Positions 1 to 9,738 of a stretch of 64,000 nt of DNA are shown here, one piece after another (position 1 is the stretch's first letter; each line of letters starts with the position of its first letter). The notes beneath the pieces are model-generated. The model was given only the letters and a program-made list of their open reading frames with translations, did no database searches and had not been told where the DNA came from. Origin of the DNA: an uncultured Verrucomicrobiae bacterium (GTDB lineage Bacteria; Verrucomicrobiota; Verrucomicrobiia; Palsa-1439); the NCBI GenBank assembly GCA_963812605.1, contig CAWEWF010000007.1:58043-122042 (forward strand), given 5' to 3'. The position numbers and the translations under genes were made by a program.

Positions 1-831
1 TCAACGGTGGTCGGGACGAGTTGTTCGGTGAGCGCGGAAAATGTTTTCACGTTCACGGAACTGATTCGCACGTCGGCCCAGTTGGGAGAAAGGAGCGAGG
101 CGGCGAACTGCGCATCGCCCGAAATCGCGACCATGTAGCGGACCTTGTCAACGGGCACATTGCGATGCAACTGGTCGACCATGCGGTTAATGTGCTGGTC
201 GAGAATCGTGCGCACGCGCTCGGCCGGCGCGCGAAACGTCTCCAGTGTCTCGCGCATGCGGAGCGAGCCAAGACGATAACTGTTGGCGAACGTGACGCTG
301 CCCTTTTGCGTCAACACCAGTTCGGTGCTCCCACCGCCCACGTCGACAATGATGGCGTCCGCATTTTTCAAGGAGCCATCCTGTTGCAGCACGTCCTGCA
401 CGGCGATATACGTCAGGCGGTTCTCCTCGGTGCCCTCGATAACTTCCACATTGATCTGGGTGGACATATAGAGGCGATCGACAAAGGCGTAACGGTTTTC
501 CGCCTCGCGCACGGCGCTGGTGGCCACGGCGCGAATCTGGTCGTCGCGCGTGACACCGTACTCGGCCATCACATCGCCGGAACCCCAGCAACACTTTGAT
601 GCAATCCTCAATGGTCGAGGCCTGGATGCGGCCAGTGCTGAACGTGTCCTTGCCGAGCCGCAGCGCTTGCTGGAGGGAATCGAGGTTGCGAACCTCACCA
701 TGCGGGCCGATCTCGGCAATGCGCATGCGGATGGCGCTTGCCCCGATGTCGATGACCGCGACGGGCCGCGCGCCGGGGGTCGTGCGCGTCATCGTACTGG
801 ATCGTGCTGTTTTGTCCTTGGGATCGTTCAT
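1..831 (-). CDS. ppx: Ppx/GppA family exopolyphosphatase (runs off the left edge; +1 frameshift near 573)
   Basis: N-terminal VAVIDIGASAIRM and LRLGKDTF motifs. Removing one base near 573 continues the frame as RVMAEYGV...IRAVATSAVREAEN...IEGTEE...IVDVGGGSTE...LGSLR, the ASKHA motifs of Ppx. Start taken as ATG 831. Confidence 0.9.
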
Positions 832-839
832 GGCGGGCG

Positions 840-1832
840 TCAATCCCGCGGGTTTCGTTTGTACTCGGCGGCGAGAGCCGCGGCGCCCATCACCACCGCG
901 TTATCGCCGAGTTTCGCGACGACCACTTTCAATGATTTTGTGAAGGGACGCATTGCCTGTTTTTTGATCGAAGCACGAACCTGCTGGACGTACAGGCCCG
1001 GCATGGCTTCCACGAGACCACCGCCGAGAACAACCATATCAGGTGCGAGCAAATTCACAACACTGCCAATGGCAATTCCGAGGTCTTTTGCGGAATGGCT
1101 GACGATTTCTTCGATGGCGAGGTCGCCCGCCTTGATCGCGGAAGCCACCGCCCCGCTGCGAATCCCTGCCATGTCGGTGCCGGCGAGTTCCAACAGATGC
1201 GGGGCTTCCCCACGGTACGCGGCCGCCCCCGCTTCCGCGGCAATCGCCAGGCGGCTGGCAACAGTCTCGAGACAACCACGCCGGCCGCACCCGCACAGGC
1301 GGCCTTTCGGCTGCATATGGATGTGGCCGATTTCCATGCAGGAACCCGTGCGACCACGAAAGAGTTTGCCCTCGTATACGAGTCCGCCGCCGATGCCGGT
1401 GCCGGGAAACACGCCGAGCAGGCAGCGCACGCCCTGGCCCGCGCCAAAGTGGTATTCACCGTACGTGCCCGCATCCACGTCGTTAGCGACGATGACGGGG
1501 CAGCCAAAATCCTTGGTCAGTTCTTTCTTCAGCGGCAAGTTGCGCAAGCCAAGGTTCGGCGCGAGGAGAACGACGCCGCGGTCCAGGTCGAGCCAACCCG
1601 GGCAGCCGATGCCGATCGCGCCAAGTTGTCGGTGGTCGAGGTGCGCAGCCTGCAACGCTTCCTCGACCGTTTCAACAATGCGCCCAAGCACGCCTTTGGA
1701 ACCCTTGCCATCCTTGGTTTTCTTGCGTCGGTAGGCAACGATGTTGAAGTCCTTGTCAAACACCGTGGCCATCATCTTGGTCCCGCCCAGGTCGAAGCCC
1801 AACCAGTAGCGGTTCTTGGAAGACGATTTCAT
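840..1832 (-). CDS. ROK family sugar kinase (glucokinase-like)
   Basis: GFDLGGTK, NDVDA..GE, GTGIGGG, EIGH and CGCGRRGCLE ROK motifs. Confidence 0.9.
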   Translation of the reverse strand: MKSSSKNRYWLGFDLGGTKMMATVFDKDFNIVAYRRKKTKDGKGSKGVLGRIVETVEEALQAAHLDHRQLGAIGIGCPGWLDLDRGVVLLAPNLGLRNLPLKKELTKDFGCPVIVANDVDAGTYGEYHFGAGQGVRCLLGVFPGTGIGGGLVYEGKLFRGRTGSCMEIGHIHMQPKGRLCGCGRRGCLETVASRLAIAAEAGAAAYRGEAPHLLELAGTDMAGIRSGAVASAIKAGDLAIEEIVSHSAKDLGIAIGSVVNLLAPDMVVLGGGLVEAMPGLYVQQVRASIKKQAMRPFTKSLKVVVAKLGDNAVVMGAAALAAEYKRNPRD

Positions 1833-1904
1833 CCGTTCTCCTTATTTGTCGTAAAAATGGTCCACGCCGGCCGACCGGGCGGCCAGCGACGGTTGCGGCG
1901 CCGG

Positions 1905-2561
1905 CTATTCGTTCTGGTGACGAATATCGCGCCCTTCGTAGAGATAGACAATATCTTCCGCAATATTTGTGGCGTGGTCGGCGATGCGCTCCAGGTTGTG
2001 GGCGACACTCATCAAATTCAGGCAGCGGGTAATGGTGTGTGGATCTTCAATCATGAAACTGGTCAACTCGCGATGGAGCTGGCGATTGAGGAGGTCAACC
2101 TTCTCATCGCGCTTGATAATCGCGCGCGCCAAATCCGGTTTCGCGTAAACAAACGCGTCGAGCGAATCGTGAATCATGCCCTGCGCATGATCGGCCATGC
2201 GCGGAATATCCACCAGCGGTTTCAAGAGCGGTTCACGGTTCAACTCTTCGGCCCGGTGGGCGATGTTCACAGCCTGGTCGCCGATGCGTTCCAACTCTCC
2301 GGAAAGTCTCATGGCCATCGTGATAAAGCGCAGATCGGTCGCTGTGGGCTGGCCAAGCCCAAGGAGTTTGATCGAATGGCCATCGATATCAATCTCCAGT
2401 TTGTCGAGCACGGCATCGTCGGCGTCAACCTTTTTTGCCAGTGCGTCATCGCGGTGGACGAGCGCCTTAAGCGCTTGGGCGACGCTTTGTTCGGTGAAAC
2501 CCGCCATGCGCAGCAGATTTTCCTTCAAGTCCGCGAGTTCTTGATCGAAGTTGCGGTTCAT
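1905..2561 (-). CDS. phoU: Phosphate signalling protein PhoU
   Basis: QPTATDLR, ELERIGD, NLERIADHATNIAE tandem PhoU motifs. Confidence 0.95.
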   Translation of the reverse strand: MNRNFDQELADLKENLLRMAGFTEQSVAQALKALVHRDDALAKKVDADDAVLDKLEIDIDGHSIKLLGLGQPTATDLRFITMAMRLSGELERIGDQAVNIAHRAEELNREPLLKPLVDIPRMADHAQGMIHDSLDAFVYAKPDLARAIIKRDEKVDLLNRQLHRELTSFMIEDPHTITRCLNLMSVAHNLERIADHATNIAEDIVYLYEGRDIRHQNE

Positions 2562-2663
2562 AATCAGCGAAATCTTCCGTTTGTGTAATCTTCCGTTTGT
2601 TTATTCGAGGAATTGGTGAAGAGCCTGACCGTTTTTTTCGATCGTGACTACTATCCACTGTCG

Positions 2664-2701
2664 GTTACGTTTGTGTTACGGTTTTGTTTCGGGCCCGTCA
2701 T
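2664..2701. promoter_or_regulatory. Pho-box-like tandem half-sites upstream of phoU
   Basis: GTTAC(2664), GTTAC(2675), GTTTC(2686), GTCAT(2697) at exact 11-bp period. Confidence 0.6.
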
Positions 2702-2752
2702 ATCGGCGTCGATGGCCCTTCCGAACTGGCAAAGATGCAGTCGGGACACGGA

Positions 2753-3166
2753 CTACGGAGTCGAAGGCCCACGAACACGCATAGGTCGCAACAACGATTC
2801 GACGCGCGCCAGCAGTTCGGGCATCGCGAACGGTTTGGTCATATAGTCGTTCGCGCCGAGCTTGAAGCCCTGCACCTTGTTTTCGGTTGAGGCTGCGGCG
2901 GTCAACATAAACACCGAGATGTGTCGGGTCGATGGACTGGTCTTCAACATTCGGCAGACTTCGAACCCATGGACCTTCGGCAGCATCAAGTCGAGGATCA
3001 CCAGGTCAGGACGACGTTCAAAGCTAAGGTTCAGCGTGCTCGCACCGTCCGATGCAACGGTGGTATGATACCCGCGTCGTTGCAAGTGAAACTGCAACAG
3101 ATTCGCCGTATCCGGCTCATCTTCAGCAATAAGTATCGATTTGAGCTTTGGCACTGGGTCACACAC
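2753..3166 (-). CDS. Single-domain response regulator (PhoB-like receiver)
   Basis: ILIAEDE, DLVILDLMLP, MLTA, DYMTKPF; no output domain. Confidence 0.88.
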   Translation of the reverse strand: MCDPVPKLKSILIAEDEPDTANLLQFHLQRRGYHTTVASDGASTLNLSFERRPDLVILDLMLPKVHGFEVCRMLKTSPSTRHISVFMLTAAASTENKVQGFKLGANDYMTKPFAMPELLARVESLLRPMRVRGPSTP

Positions 3167-3209
3167 AACTTAGGATGCAGCCAGCGGCAGACGACAACGC
3201 GACGATCAG

Positions 3210-3225
3210 GTTACGGCCAGGTTAA
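3210..3225. promoter_or_regulatory. Pho-box-like pair upstream of the receiver gene
   Basis: CAGGTTAC/CAGGTTAA direct repeat with 11-bp period (GTTAC 3210, GTTAA 3221). Confidence 0.4.
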
Positions 3226-3244
3226 ATCGACCACCCGGGGAGGG

Positions 3245-5065
3245 TTACCCTGCGCGGGGCAATGTGAAATAGAACGTACTCCCCTTCTCAAGCTCGCTCT
3301 CAGCCCAAACACGTCCGGTATGGGACTGGACGATGTGTTTGACAATGGAGAGCCCGAGGCCCGTGCCGCCGAGTTCGCGGCTGCGCGCCCTATCGACTCG
3401 ATAGAAGCGTTCAAAGACATGGGGTAGGTGTTCCGACGCGATGCCCGGGCCGTCATCCGCCACAGTGGTTTCAATGAACCCGTTTTTCTCTTCCGCGCGG
3501 ATCGTCACATGGCCGCCGGACGGTGTGTATTTGATCGCGTTATCCAGCAGGTTAAAGAGCACCTGATGCAGTCGTTGCGCATCCGCGCGAACGGCCGGAA
3601 GCTGTTCGGGGATCTCCAGCAAGACAGCAACGAATTTCTCAAAGGCTTGTCGCGCCAGTTCGTCGACCACGGATTGGGCGGCCGCGTGCAGGGAGACGGG
3701 CTCGAAGTTGAGGCGGGCCTGCTGGGATTCGAGCGCGGAAATGCTTAGCAAATCGGCAATGAGCGCCTCGAGGCGGCGTGAGTGGCGCTGGATGGTTTGG
3801 AGAAACTGGCGAGCCGTCTCTTCGTCGGGCGGCTGCTCATCCAGCAGGGTCTCGACGTATCCTTTGATGATTGACAGCGGGGTGCGCAACTCGTGGCTGA
3901 CATTGGCCACGAATTCCTTGCGCGTGTTTTCGAACTGCCGCATGCGGGTAATGTCGTGGAAGACCACGATTACGCCCGTGAGTGCACCCTGATGGTTTTG
4001 CAAACGCGTGGCGCTGAGTTCGTAGGCGCGTTCGTTCGGTGTCAGGAAGGTCAATTCGCGAGCGGCCACATCGCCTTTCTGAATGACTTCGTTGACCAGT
4101 TCGTGCAGCGGAACATTGCGAAATGCCTCCAGCACGGTTTTTCCAACAGCTTCCTCGCTGATGGCAAATGGACTTCGCAGCGCCTCGTTTGTCAGGCGAA
4201 TTCGGCCATCGGGGCGCACGACCAGTACGCCTTCGGTCATGCCGGCGAGGATCGCACCAAGGTCAGCCTTCTCCTCGCTGAGTTCGCGGATGCGCGCGGC
4301 CAACTGTGACGACATGTCATTGAGCGCGGTGGCCAGGTCACCAAGTTCGCCACTGACCCTCGGGGGAGCCTTCTCACTGAAATCCCCGCGCGCCACGCGT
4401 TCCGCCACTTCACGCATCTGGAGGATGGGACGGGTCACGCGCCGCGACAACCAGTACAGAATCGGCGCGGTGGCAAGACCGACCAACGCACTGGCCACGG
4501 CCACGGTGTGGAGCACGCGCGCGGTTGTGCGTTGAATCTCCACCAGCGGCATGGCCACGCGGACGATTCCCACGAGGTTGTCGTTCCGAACCGGCACCGC
4601 CACGTACAGCAGGTCGACACCAATCGTGTCACTGTGACGCATCGCGCTGCCGATGTCTTCACGCAGTGCTTGCTGGACTTCGGGGCGTTGCAGATGATTC
4701 TCGATGTCCTTCAGTTCGCTTTCTGGCTTGTCCGATTCGCCGATAACCGTCCCGCCGGGGCCGATCACGGTGATGCGGAGGCCGGTTTTCCCCGCGAGGT
4801 CATGGCTGAGACGGTTCATTTCCGCCGCATCCGCGTGTCCTGTCTTGAGCTGGGATTCGAATACTTCGCGAACCACGACCGCATCCCGTCTCAAGTCCGC
4901 CTCGATTTGGCGCACCAGGTACGGGGGCAGCGTGAGGCGCAGGGCGAGGTAGACGACGAGCAACAGATCGGCGAGGAGAATCGTCAGGCCAAGGAAGTAT
5001 TTTGATGGCAATGAAAGTTTCAAGTTCTGGCACCACACGATAGCGGACGCGAAGCGCCGATTCAA
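3245..5065 (-). CDS. phoR: PhoR-type sensor histidine kinase (2 TM, HAMP, PAS, HisKA, HATPase); start uncertain
   Basis: ENHLQRPEV sensor motif, EFVANVSHELRTPL H-box, NLLDNAIKY, DDGPGI, FERFYRVD, GGTGLGLSIVKH; phosphate-gene context. Confidence 0.88.
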   Translation of the reverse strand: MNRRFASAIVWCQNLKLSLPSKYFLGLTILLADLLLVVYLALRLTLPPYLVRQIEADLRRDAVVVREVFESQLKTGHADAAEMNRLSHDLAGKTGLRITVIGPGGTVIGESDKPESELKDIENHLQRPEVQQALREDIGSAMRHSDTIGVDLLYVAVPVRNDNLVGIVRVAMPLVEIQRTTARVLHTVAVASALVGLATAPILYWLSRRVTRPILQMREVAERVARGDFSEKAPPRVSGELGDLATALNDMSSQLAARIRELSEEKADLGAILAGMTEGVLVVRPDGRIRLTNEALRSPFAISEEAVGKTVLEAFRNVPLHELVNEVIQKGDVAARELTFLTPNERAYELSATRLQNHQGALTGVIVVFHDITRMRQFENTRKEFVANVSHELRTPLSIIKGYVETLLDEQPPDEETARQFLQTIQRHSRRLEALIADLLSISALESQQARLNFEPVSLHAAAQSVVDELARQAFEKFVAVLLEIPEQLPAVRADAQRLHQVLFNLLDNAIKYTPSGGHVTIRAEEKNGFIETTVADDGPGIASEHLPHVFERFYRVDRARSRELGGTGLGLSIVKHIVQSHTGRVWAESELEKGSTFYFTLPRAG

Positions 5066-5114
5066 TGAAATCGGGGCGAAAAAGGGGAAGGGCCGAGCAA
5101 CTTGTTGCTATTCC

Positions 5115-5141
5115 GTATGAATTTCGTTACACAATTGTCAT
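5115..5141. promoter_or_regulatory. Pho-box-like site in the phoR / DUF47-pit divergent intergenic region
   Basis: GTTAC(5126) and GTCAT(5137) 11 bp apart, plus weaker GTATG(5115). Confidence 0.55.
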
Positions 5142-5162
5142 CGGTCATCAGGAGAATAGCCC

Positions 5163-5789
5163 ATGCTGAGGCAACTCATTCCACAGGAATATGATTTCTT
5201 CGAATCGTTCGACCTGGCCGCCGCGCAGGCGGTCATAGCGGCTCGTCTACTATTGAAGTTGACCGAGAATTATGCGGATGCCGACCCCATCGCGCGCGAG
5301 CTGAACGAGGTCGAGCACGCCTGCGACAACGTCGCGCATCGCACGATGGATCAATTGAACAAGTCGTTCATCACGCCGCTCGATCGGGAGGACATCCACG
5401 TGATGATTCTGCGCATTGATGACGTCGTCGATCTGATCAACGCCGCCGCCAATCGCATCGCCTTTTTCGGCATCCAGAAACCCACCCAGCATGCAATCAA
5501 TCTCGCCAAGCAGATTGTCCGCGGCTGCGAGAAGCTCGCGGAAGCGGTTCGCGGGATGCGCTCGGCCAAACACTACGAGCAGGTCATGCGGGATTGCATC
5601 ACCGTGCATGAAGTCGAGAATGCGGCCGACGACATTCTCCATACGGCGCTGGCCGAGTTGTTCGCGAAGGAAAAAAACGCCATCGAAGTCATCAAATGGA
5701 AGGACATTTACGAGACGATGGAGAAGGTCACCGACCGCCTGGAAGACGTCGCGAATGTTCTTCAGGGCGTCATTGTCAAGATGAGCTGA
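5163..5789 (+). CDS. DUF47 family Pit accessory protein (PhoU-like)
   Basis: EHACD, SFITPLDREDI, ENAADD, IEVIKWKDIYE; AGGAG RBS; directly upstream of pit. Confidence 0.92.
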   Translation: MLRQLIPQEYDFFESFDLAAAQAVIAARLLLKLTENYADADPIARELNEVEHACDNVAHRTMDQLNKSFITPLDREDIHVMILRIDDVVDLINAAANRIAFFGIQKPTQHAINLAKQIVRGCEKLAEAVRGMRSAKHYEQVMRDCITVHEVENAADDILHTALAELFAKEKNAIEVIKWKDIYETMEKVTDRLEDVANVLQGVIVKMS

Positions 5790-5814
5790 ACACCGGCCAC
5801 GACTGGAGACCTGA

Positions 5815-6870
5815 ATGTCCGCGTTCTTCACCGACCTGCTGCATATCTTCCAGAATCCGTACATCGCCCTGATTTTTTTCACGGCGCTGGTGTTTGATTT
5901 TATCAACGGATTTCACGACGCGGCCAATTCCATCGCCACGATTGTCAGTACACGCGTATTGCGGCCATTTCAGGCCGTTCTCTGGGCCGCGTGGTGGAAT
6001 TTCGCGGCGGCGTGGTTTTTTGGCGTCCACGTCGCCAACGCGGTGGCAACCTGGGTGCATGCGGATTACGTCACAATCGAGGTTATCTTCGCCGGCCTTT
6101 TCGGGGCCATCGTCTGGAACCTGATTACCTGGTACGGGGGGATACCGTCGAGCTCATCGCACGCGCTGCTCGGCGGGTTTGGCGGCGCTGCTATTGTACA
6201 CGCCGGGAAATGGGAAGGCGTTTTACAGACAAGCAAAGTGTTGTTGACGGTCGAGTTTATCGTTATTGCCCCGCTGGTTGGCTTGCTACTGGGTCTCTTC
6301 TTCACGTTCATCGTGATGTGGGTCTTTCGCAAGGCTTCACCAATCAAGATGGATCACTGGTTTCGGCGCATACAACTCTGGTCGGCCGCAGCCTATAGTT
6401 TGGGTCACGGCACCAACGACGCGCAGAAAACCATGGGGATTATCGCGGCGCTGTTGTACGCCAGCATTTGGAGAGGACAGCAGGAGGCGTTTGCCACGGG
6501 AAAGGTCGCGTTTCCGTTTTGGATTGTACTGGTTTGCCATTTTGCCATCGCGCTCGGCACGATGTGTGGTGGCTGGCGAATCGTCAAAACGATGGGCATG
6601 AGGATCACGAAACTGCGGCCCTACGATGGTGCGTGCGCGGAACTCGCGGCGGCGACGTCGTTGTTTACAGCGGCATCTCTGGGTGTGCCGGTCAGCACCA
6701 CACATACCATCACGGGCGCAATTATCGGGGTCGGCGCCGTGCACCGATTGTCCGCCGTGCGCTGGGGTGTGGCGCGGCAGGTGGTGTGGGCGTGGGTATT
6801 GACCATCCCCTGTTCGGCGGTGGTAGCGGCCGGGGCTTATTGGCTGCTGGCGCTTTGCCGACACCGTTGA
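5815..6870 (+). CDS. pit: Inorganic phosphate transporter (PiT family)
   Basis: NGFHDAANSIAT, GIPSSSSHAL, HGTNDAQKTMG, PVSTTH. Confidence 0.95.
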   Translation: MSAFFTDLLHIFQNPYIALIFFTALVFDFINGFHDAANSIATIVSTRVLRPFQAVLWAAWWNFAAAWFFGVHVANAVATWVHADYVTIEVIFAGLFGAIVWNLITWYGGIPSSSSHALLGGFGGAAIVHAGKWEGVLQTSKVLLTVEFIVIAPLVGLLLGLFFTFIVMWVFRKASPIKMDHWFRRIQLWSAAAYSLGHGTNDAQKTMGIIAALLYASIWRGQQEAFATGKVAFPFWIVLVCHFAIALGTMCGGWRIVKTMGMRITKLRPYDGACAELAAATSLFTAASLGVPVSTTHTITGAIIGVGAVHRLSAVRWGVARQVVWAWVLTIPCSAVVAAGAYWLLALCRHR

Positions 6871-6873
6871 CGA

Positions 6874-7560
6874 TTACGGTGCGTCGGCGAAACGGTACCC
6901 GACACCGCGGACCGTCTCGACATAGTCGGAAACCTTGCCCAGCTTCTCGCGCAGCCGGCGCATGTGCGTGTCCACGGTCCGCGTGTCCACGTCCCCTTCG
7001 TAGCCCCAGACATCGGTCAACAACCGGTCCCGCGATTGGACGCGCCCGCGCCGCTCCAATAACGTGGCCAGCAGCTTGAACTCCGTGGCCGTCAAGTCAA
7101 CGATTTTGTCTTTCAGCGTGACTTCATGTTTGGCGATATCGATCGTGAGGTCGCCGAACTTGAGGACCTCGGCGGGCGCGGTTTTCCCGCTGGCGCGCCG
7201 CAGTACACTTTTCACTCGGAGCGCGATTTCGCGCGGACTGAACGGTTTCGTCACGTAATCATCCGCACCCAATTCGAGGCCGACGACGCGATCCACTTCC
7301 TCGGCCTTCGCCGTGAGCATGATGATCGGGATGTGGGCGGTTTTCGAGTCGGCCTTCAAATGGCGGCACACTTCAGTGCCTTCCATTTGCGGCAACATGA
7401 GATCCAGGACGATCAGGGACGGCACCTCATCGCGCGCTTTTTGCAGCGCCACGTTGCCGTCGCGGGCGGTGACGGTTTTGTAGCCCGCCTTTTGGAGGTT
7501 GTATACGAGCAGGTCGCTCACGTCCGGCTCGTCGTCCACAATAAGAATCGTTTCAGTCAT
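6874..7560 (-). CDS. phoB: OmpR/PhoB family response regulator
   Basis: Receiver plus winged helix (LTATEFKLL, DTRTVDTHMRRLREKLG, VETVRGVGY); phosphate cluster. Confidence 0.88.
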   Translation of the reverse strand: MTETILIVDDEPDVSDLLVYNLQKAGYKTVTARDGNVALQKARDEVPSLIVLDLMLPQMEGTEVCRHLKADSKTAHIPIIMLTAKAEEVDRVVGLELGADDYVTKPFSPREIALRVKSVLRRASGKTAPAEVLKFGDLTIDIAKHEVTLKDKIVDLTATEFKLLATLLERRGRVQSRDRLLTDVWGYEGDVDTRTVDTHMRRLREKLGKVSDYVETVRGVGYRFADAP

Positions 7561-7571
7561 GACGGCACCCT

Positions 7572-7620
7572 GTAACGAACACGTCACGCCGCGGCGGCAC
7601 TAACGTTACAAATCAGTGAC
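7572..7620. promoter_or_regulatory. Pho-box-like half-sites upstream of phoB (possible autoregulation)
   Basis: GTAAC(7572), GTCAC(7583), GTTAC(7605), GTGAC(7616), all in 11-bp phase. Confidence 0.6.
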
Positions 7621-7625
7621 GAGCC

Positions 7626-9311
7626 TCACTGGGTAATGGCCCCTTCCGAGGCCGAGGACACCAGTTTGGCGTATTTCGCCAGCGCGCCCGTTTTGTAACG
7701 CGGCACGGGAGGCTTCCATTCCTTCAATCGGCGCTGGATTTCCTCGTCGCTCAATTCTACATCCAATCGGCGCGTCGCCACGTCGAACGAAATCATATCA
7801 CCGTCACGCACGATGGCGATGGGTCCGCCTTTCGACGCCTCCGGGGCAACATGCCCCGCGGTAAAACCGTACGTTGCACCCGAGAAACGTCCGTCGGTCA
7901 TCAAGGCCACTTGATCGCTGATTCCCTGTCCGACGATTGCCGCGGTGACCGTCAGCATCTCGCGCATGCCGGGGCCGCCGTGCGGTCCTTCGTAACGAAT
8001 GACAACCACATCACCGGGTTTGATCTGCTTTGCCTGGACTGCGGCAAACGAGTCCTCTTCACAATCGAAGACACGCGCCGGACCGCGATGGCTCGTGCGT
8101 TTGTGACCGACGACCTTCAGGACGCAACCCTCGGGAGCGAGGTTGCCCTTCAAAATTACAAGTCCGCCCGTCGCCTTGATGGGGTCGGTCAGCGGTCGGA
8201 TGACTGGTTGGCCCGGGGCTTCCTTCGCAGCCCGGGCTTCCTCGCCGATCGTGCGGCCCGAGACGGTGATTTCGTCGGGGTTGAGCAGCCCCGCATCGAG
8301 CAGGCGTTTCGCCACGACCGCCGTCCCGCCGGCGGCATAGACATCGGTGGCAACGAACTTGCCGCCCGGCTTTAAATCACAAAGTAGCGGGGTCTTCGCG
8401 CTGATGCGGTCAAAATCATCGATGTTCAGCGGCACGCCCGCTTCGTGCGCAATCGCCAGCAAATGCAGCACGAGATTGGTTGACCCGCCGGACATGACGC
8501 CGGCGGCAATGGCGTTTTCCAGCGCCTTTCGCGTAATGACTTTGCGGGGGGTAAGTTTTTGCCGAAGCAATTCAACGATTTGTTTTCCCGTCTCAAACGC
8601 GACCTGATCCTTGCGCGGATCTTCGGCGGGCACGCTATTGGCGCCCATGAGCGAGATGCCGAGCATCTCCATCGCCATGGACATGGTGTTGGCGGTGAAT
8701 TGGCCGCCGCACGCGCCCATGCCGGGGCAGGCGGCAATCTCCAGGTCGCGCAGATCTTCCGGGGTGATCTTGCCGGCGGCACAGGAGCCCACGCCTTCAA
8801 ATACATCCTGGATCGTCACGTCCTTGCCGTGCCATTTGCCGGGCGCGATCGATCCGCCATAGAGCATCAGGCCCGGCAAATCCAGCCGCGCCAACGCCAT
8901 GACCGTGCCGGGGATTGTCTTGTCGCAGCCCGACAGCGCGACAACGGCGTCGAACAGATAGCCGCGCGCGAACAGCTCAATCGAGTCCGCGATAATCTCG
9001 CGGCTGATGAGCGAGCATTTCATGCCTTCGGTGCCCATCGAAATGCCGTCGGAAATCGCGATGGTATTGCATTCAAGCGGCACGCCGCCCGCCGCGCGCA
9101 CGCCTTCCTTGATTTTCGCGGCCAGTCGCTGCAAGTGCGCGTTACACGGCATTGCATCGGTCCAGGTGTTGGCGACGGCAACCAGCGGCTTGTTGTGCAA
9201 ATCCTCGTCGGTAAGCCCGACGGAGCGCAGGTACGAACGCGCCGCGGCGCGCCCGAGTCCATCGGTGACCGTGCTCGATCGATGCTTAAGGGACTTCAAA
9301 TCCATGTTCAT
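7626..9311 (-). CDS. ilvD: Dihydroxy-acid dehydratase
   Basis: PCNAHL, SDGISMGTEGM, GCDKTIPG, GACGGQFTANTM, GGSTN, GGPGMREM, TDGRFSG. Confidence 0.97.
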   Translation of the reverse strand: MNMDLKSLKHRSSTVTDGLGRAAARSYLRSVGLTDEDLHNKPLVAVANTWTDAMPCNAHLQRLAAKIKEGVRAAGGVPLECNTIAISDGISMGTEGMKCSLISREIIADSIELFARGYLFDAVVALSGCDKTIPGTVMALARLDLPGLMLYGGSIAPGKWHGKDVTIQDVFEGVGSCAAGKITPEDLRDLEIAACPGMGACGGQFTANTMSMAMEMLGISLMGANSVPAEDPRKDQVAFETGKQIVELLRQKLTPRKVITRKALENAIAAGVMSGGSTNLVLHLLAIAHEAGVPLNIDDFDRISAKTPLLCDLKPGGKFVATDVYAAGGTAVVAKRLLDAGLLNPDEITVSGRTIGEEARAAKEAPGQPVIRPLTDPIKATGGLVILKGNLAPEGCVLKVVGHKRTSHRGPARVFDCEEDSFAAVQAKQIKPGDVVVIRYEGPHGGPGMREMLTVTAAIVGQGISDQVALMTDGRFSGATYGFTAGHVAPEASKGGPIAIVRDGDMISFDVATRRLDVELSDEEIQRRLKEWKPPVPRYKTGALAKYAKLVSSASEGAITQ

Positions 9312-9342
9312 CTACCCGCTTTCGCAGAACGGTGAGACTTTA

Positions 9343-9738
9343 TCACAGCTTGAAGGCGTGGGGAAGTAATTCTGAGAGCAGGTGGACGCGCAAGCGACGG
9401 GGGTTGCGCGAATCAGCGCAGATGACGACACATTCGCCGAATTCCGCCAGTACCTGGCGGCAGGCGCCGCACGGGCTGAGCGCCGCGCTGGGCGCGACGA
9501 CCGCAATCGCCTGGAACTTGCGATGCCCTTCGCTGACCGCCTTGCCGACGGCAACACGCTCGGCGCAATTGGTCAGTCCATAACTGGCGTTCTCGACATT
9601 GACGCCAGTGTACACCTTGCCGCTCTTCGTCAGCAGCGCGGCGCCGACACGGAATTTTGAGTAGGGAGCATGGGCGTTTCGCTGGGCGGCTTTGGCGGCA
9701 GCGAGCAATCTCCGAATTTTAAGCGTCCGAGCCTTCAT
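9343..9738 (-). CDS. cdd: Cytidine deaminase (homotetrameric type)
   Basis: APYSKFRVGAA, NVENASYG, CAERVA, SPCGACRQ. Confidence 0.95.
   Translation of the reverse strand: MKARTLKIRRLLAAAKAAQRNAHAPYSKFRVGAALLTKSGKVYTGVNVENASYGLTNCAERVAVGKAVSEGHRKFQAIAVVAPSAALSPCGACRQVLAEFGECVVICADSRNPRRLRVHLLSELLPHAFKL

Noticed and set aside
520-2588. Long plus-strand ORFs (404 aa, 497 aa) and similar antisense ORFs across the window
   Set aside because: They shadow well-supported minus-strand genes and have no motifs; this is typical of high-GC codon bias.
2571-2600. Tandem AATCTTCCGTTTGT x2 in the phoU leader
   Set aside because: Only two copies and no spacer structure; likely a local duplication with no supportable function.
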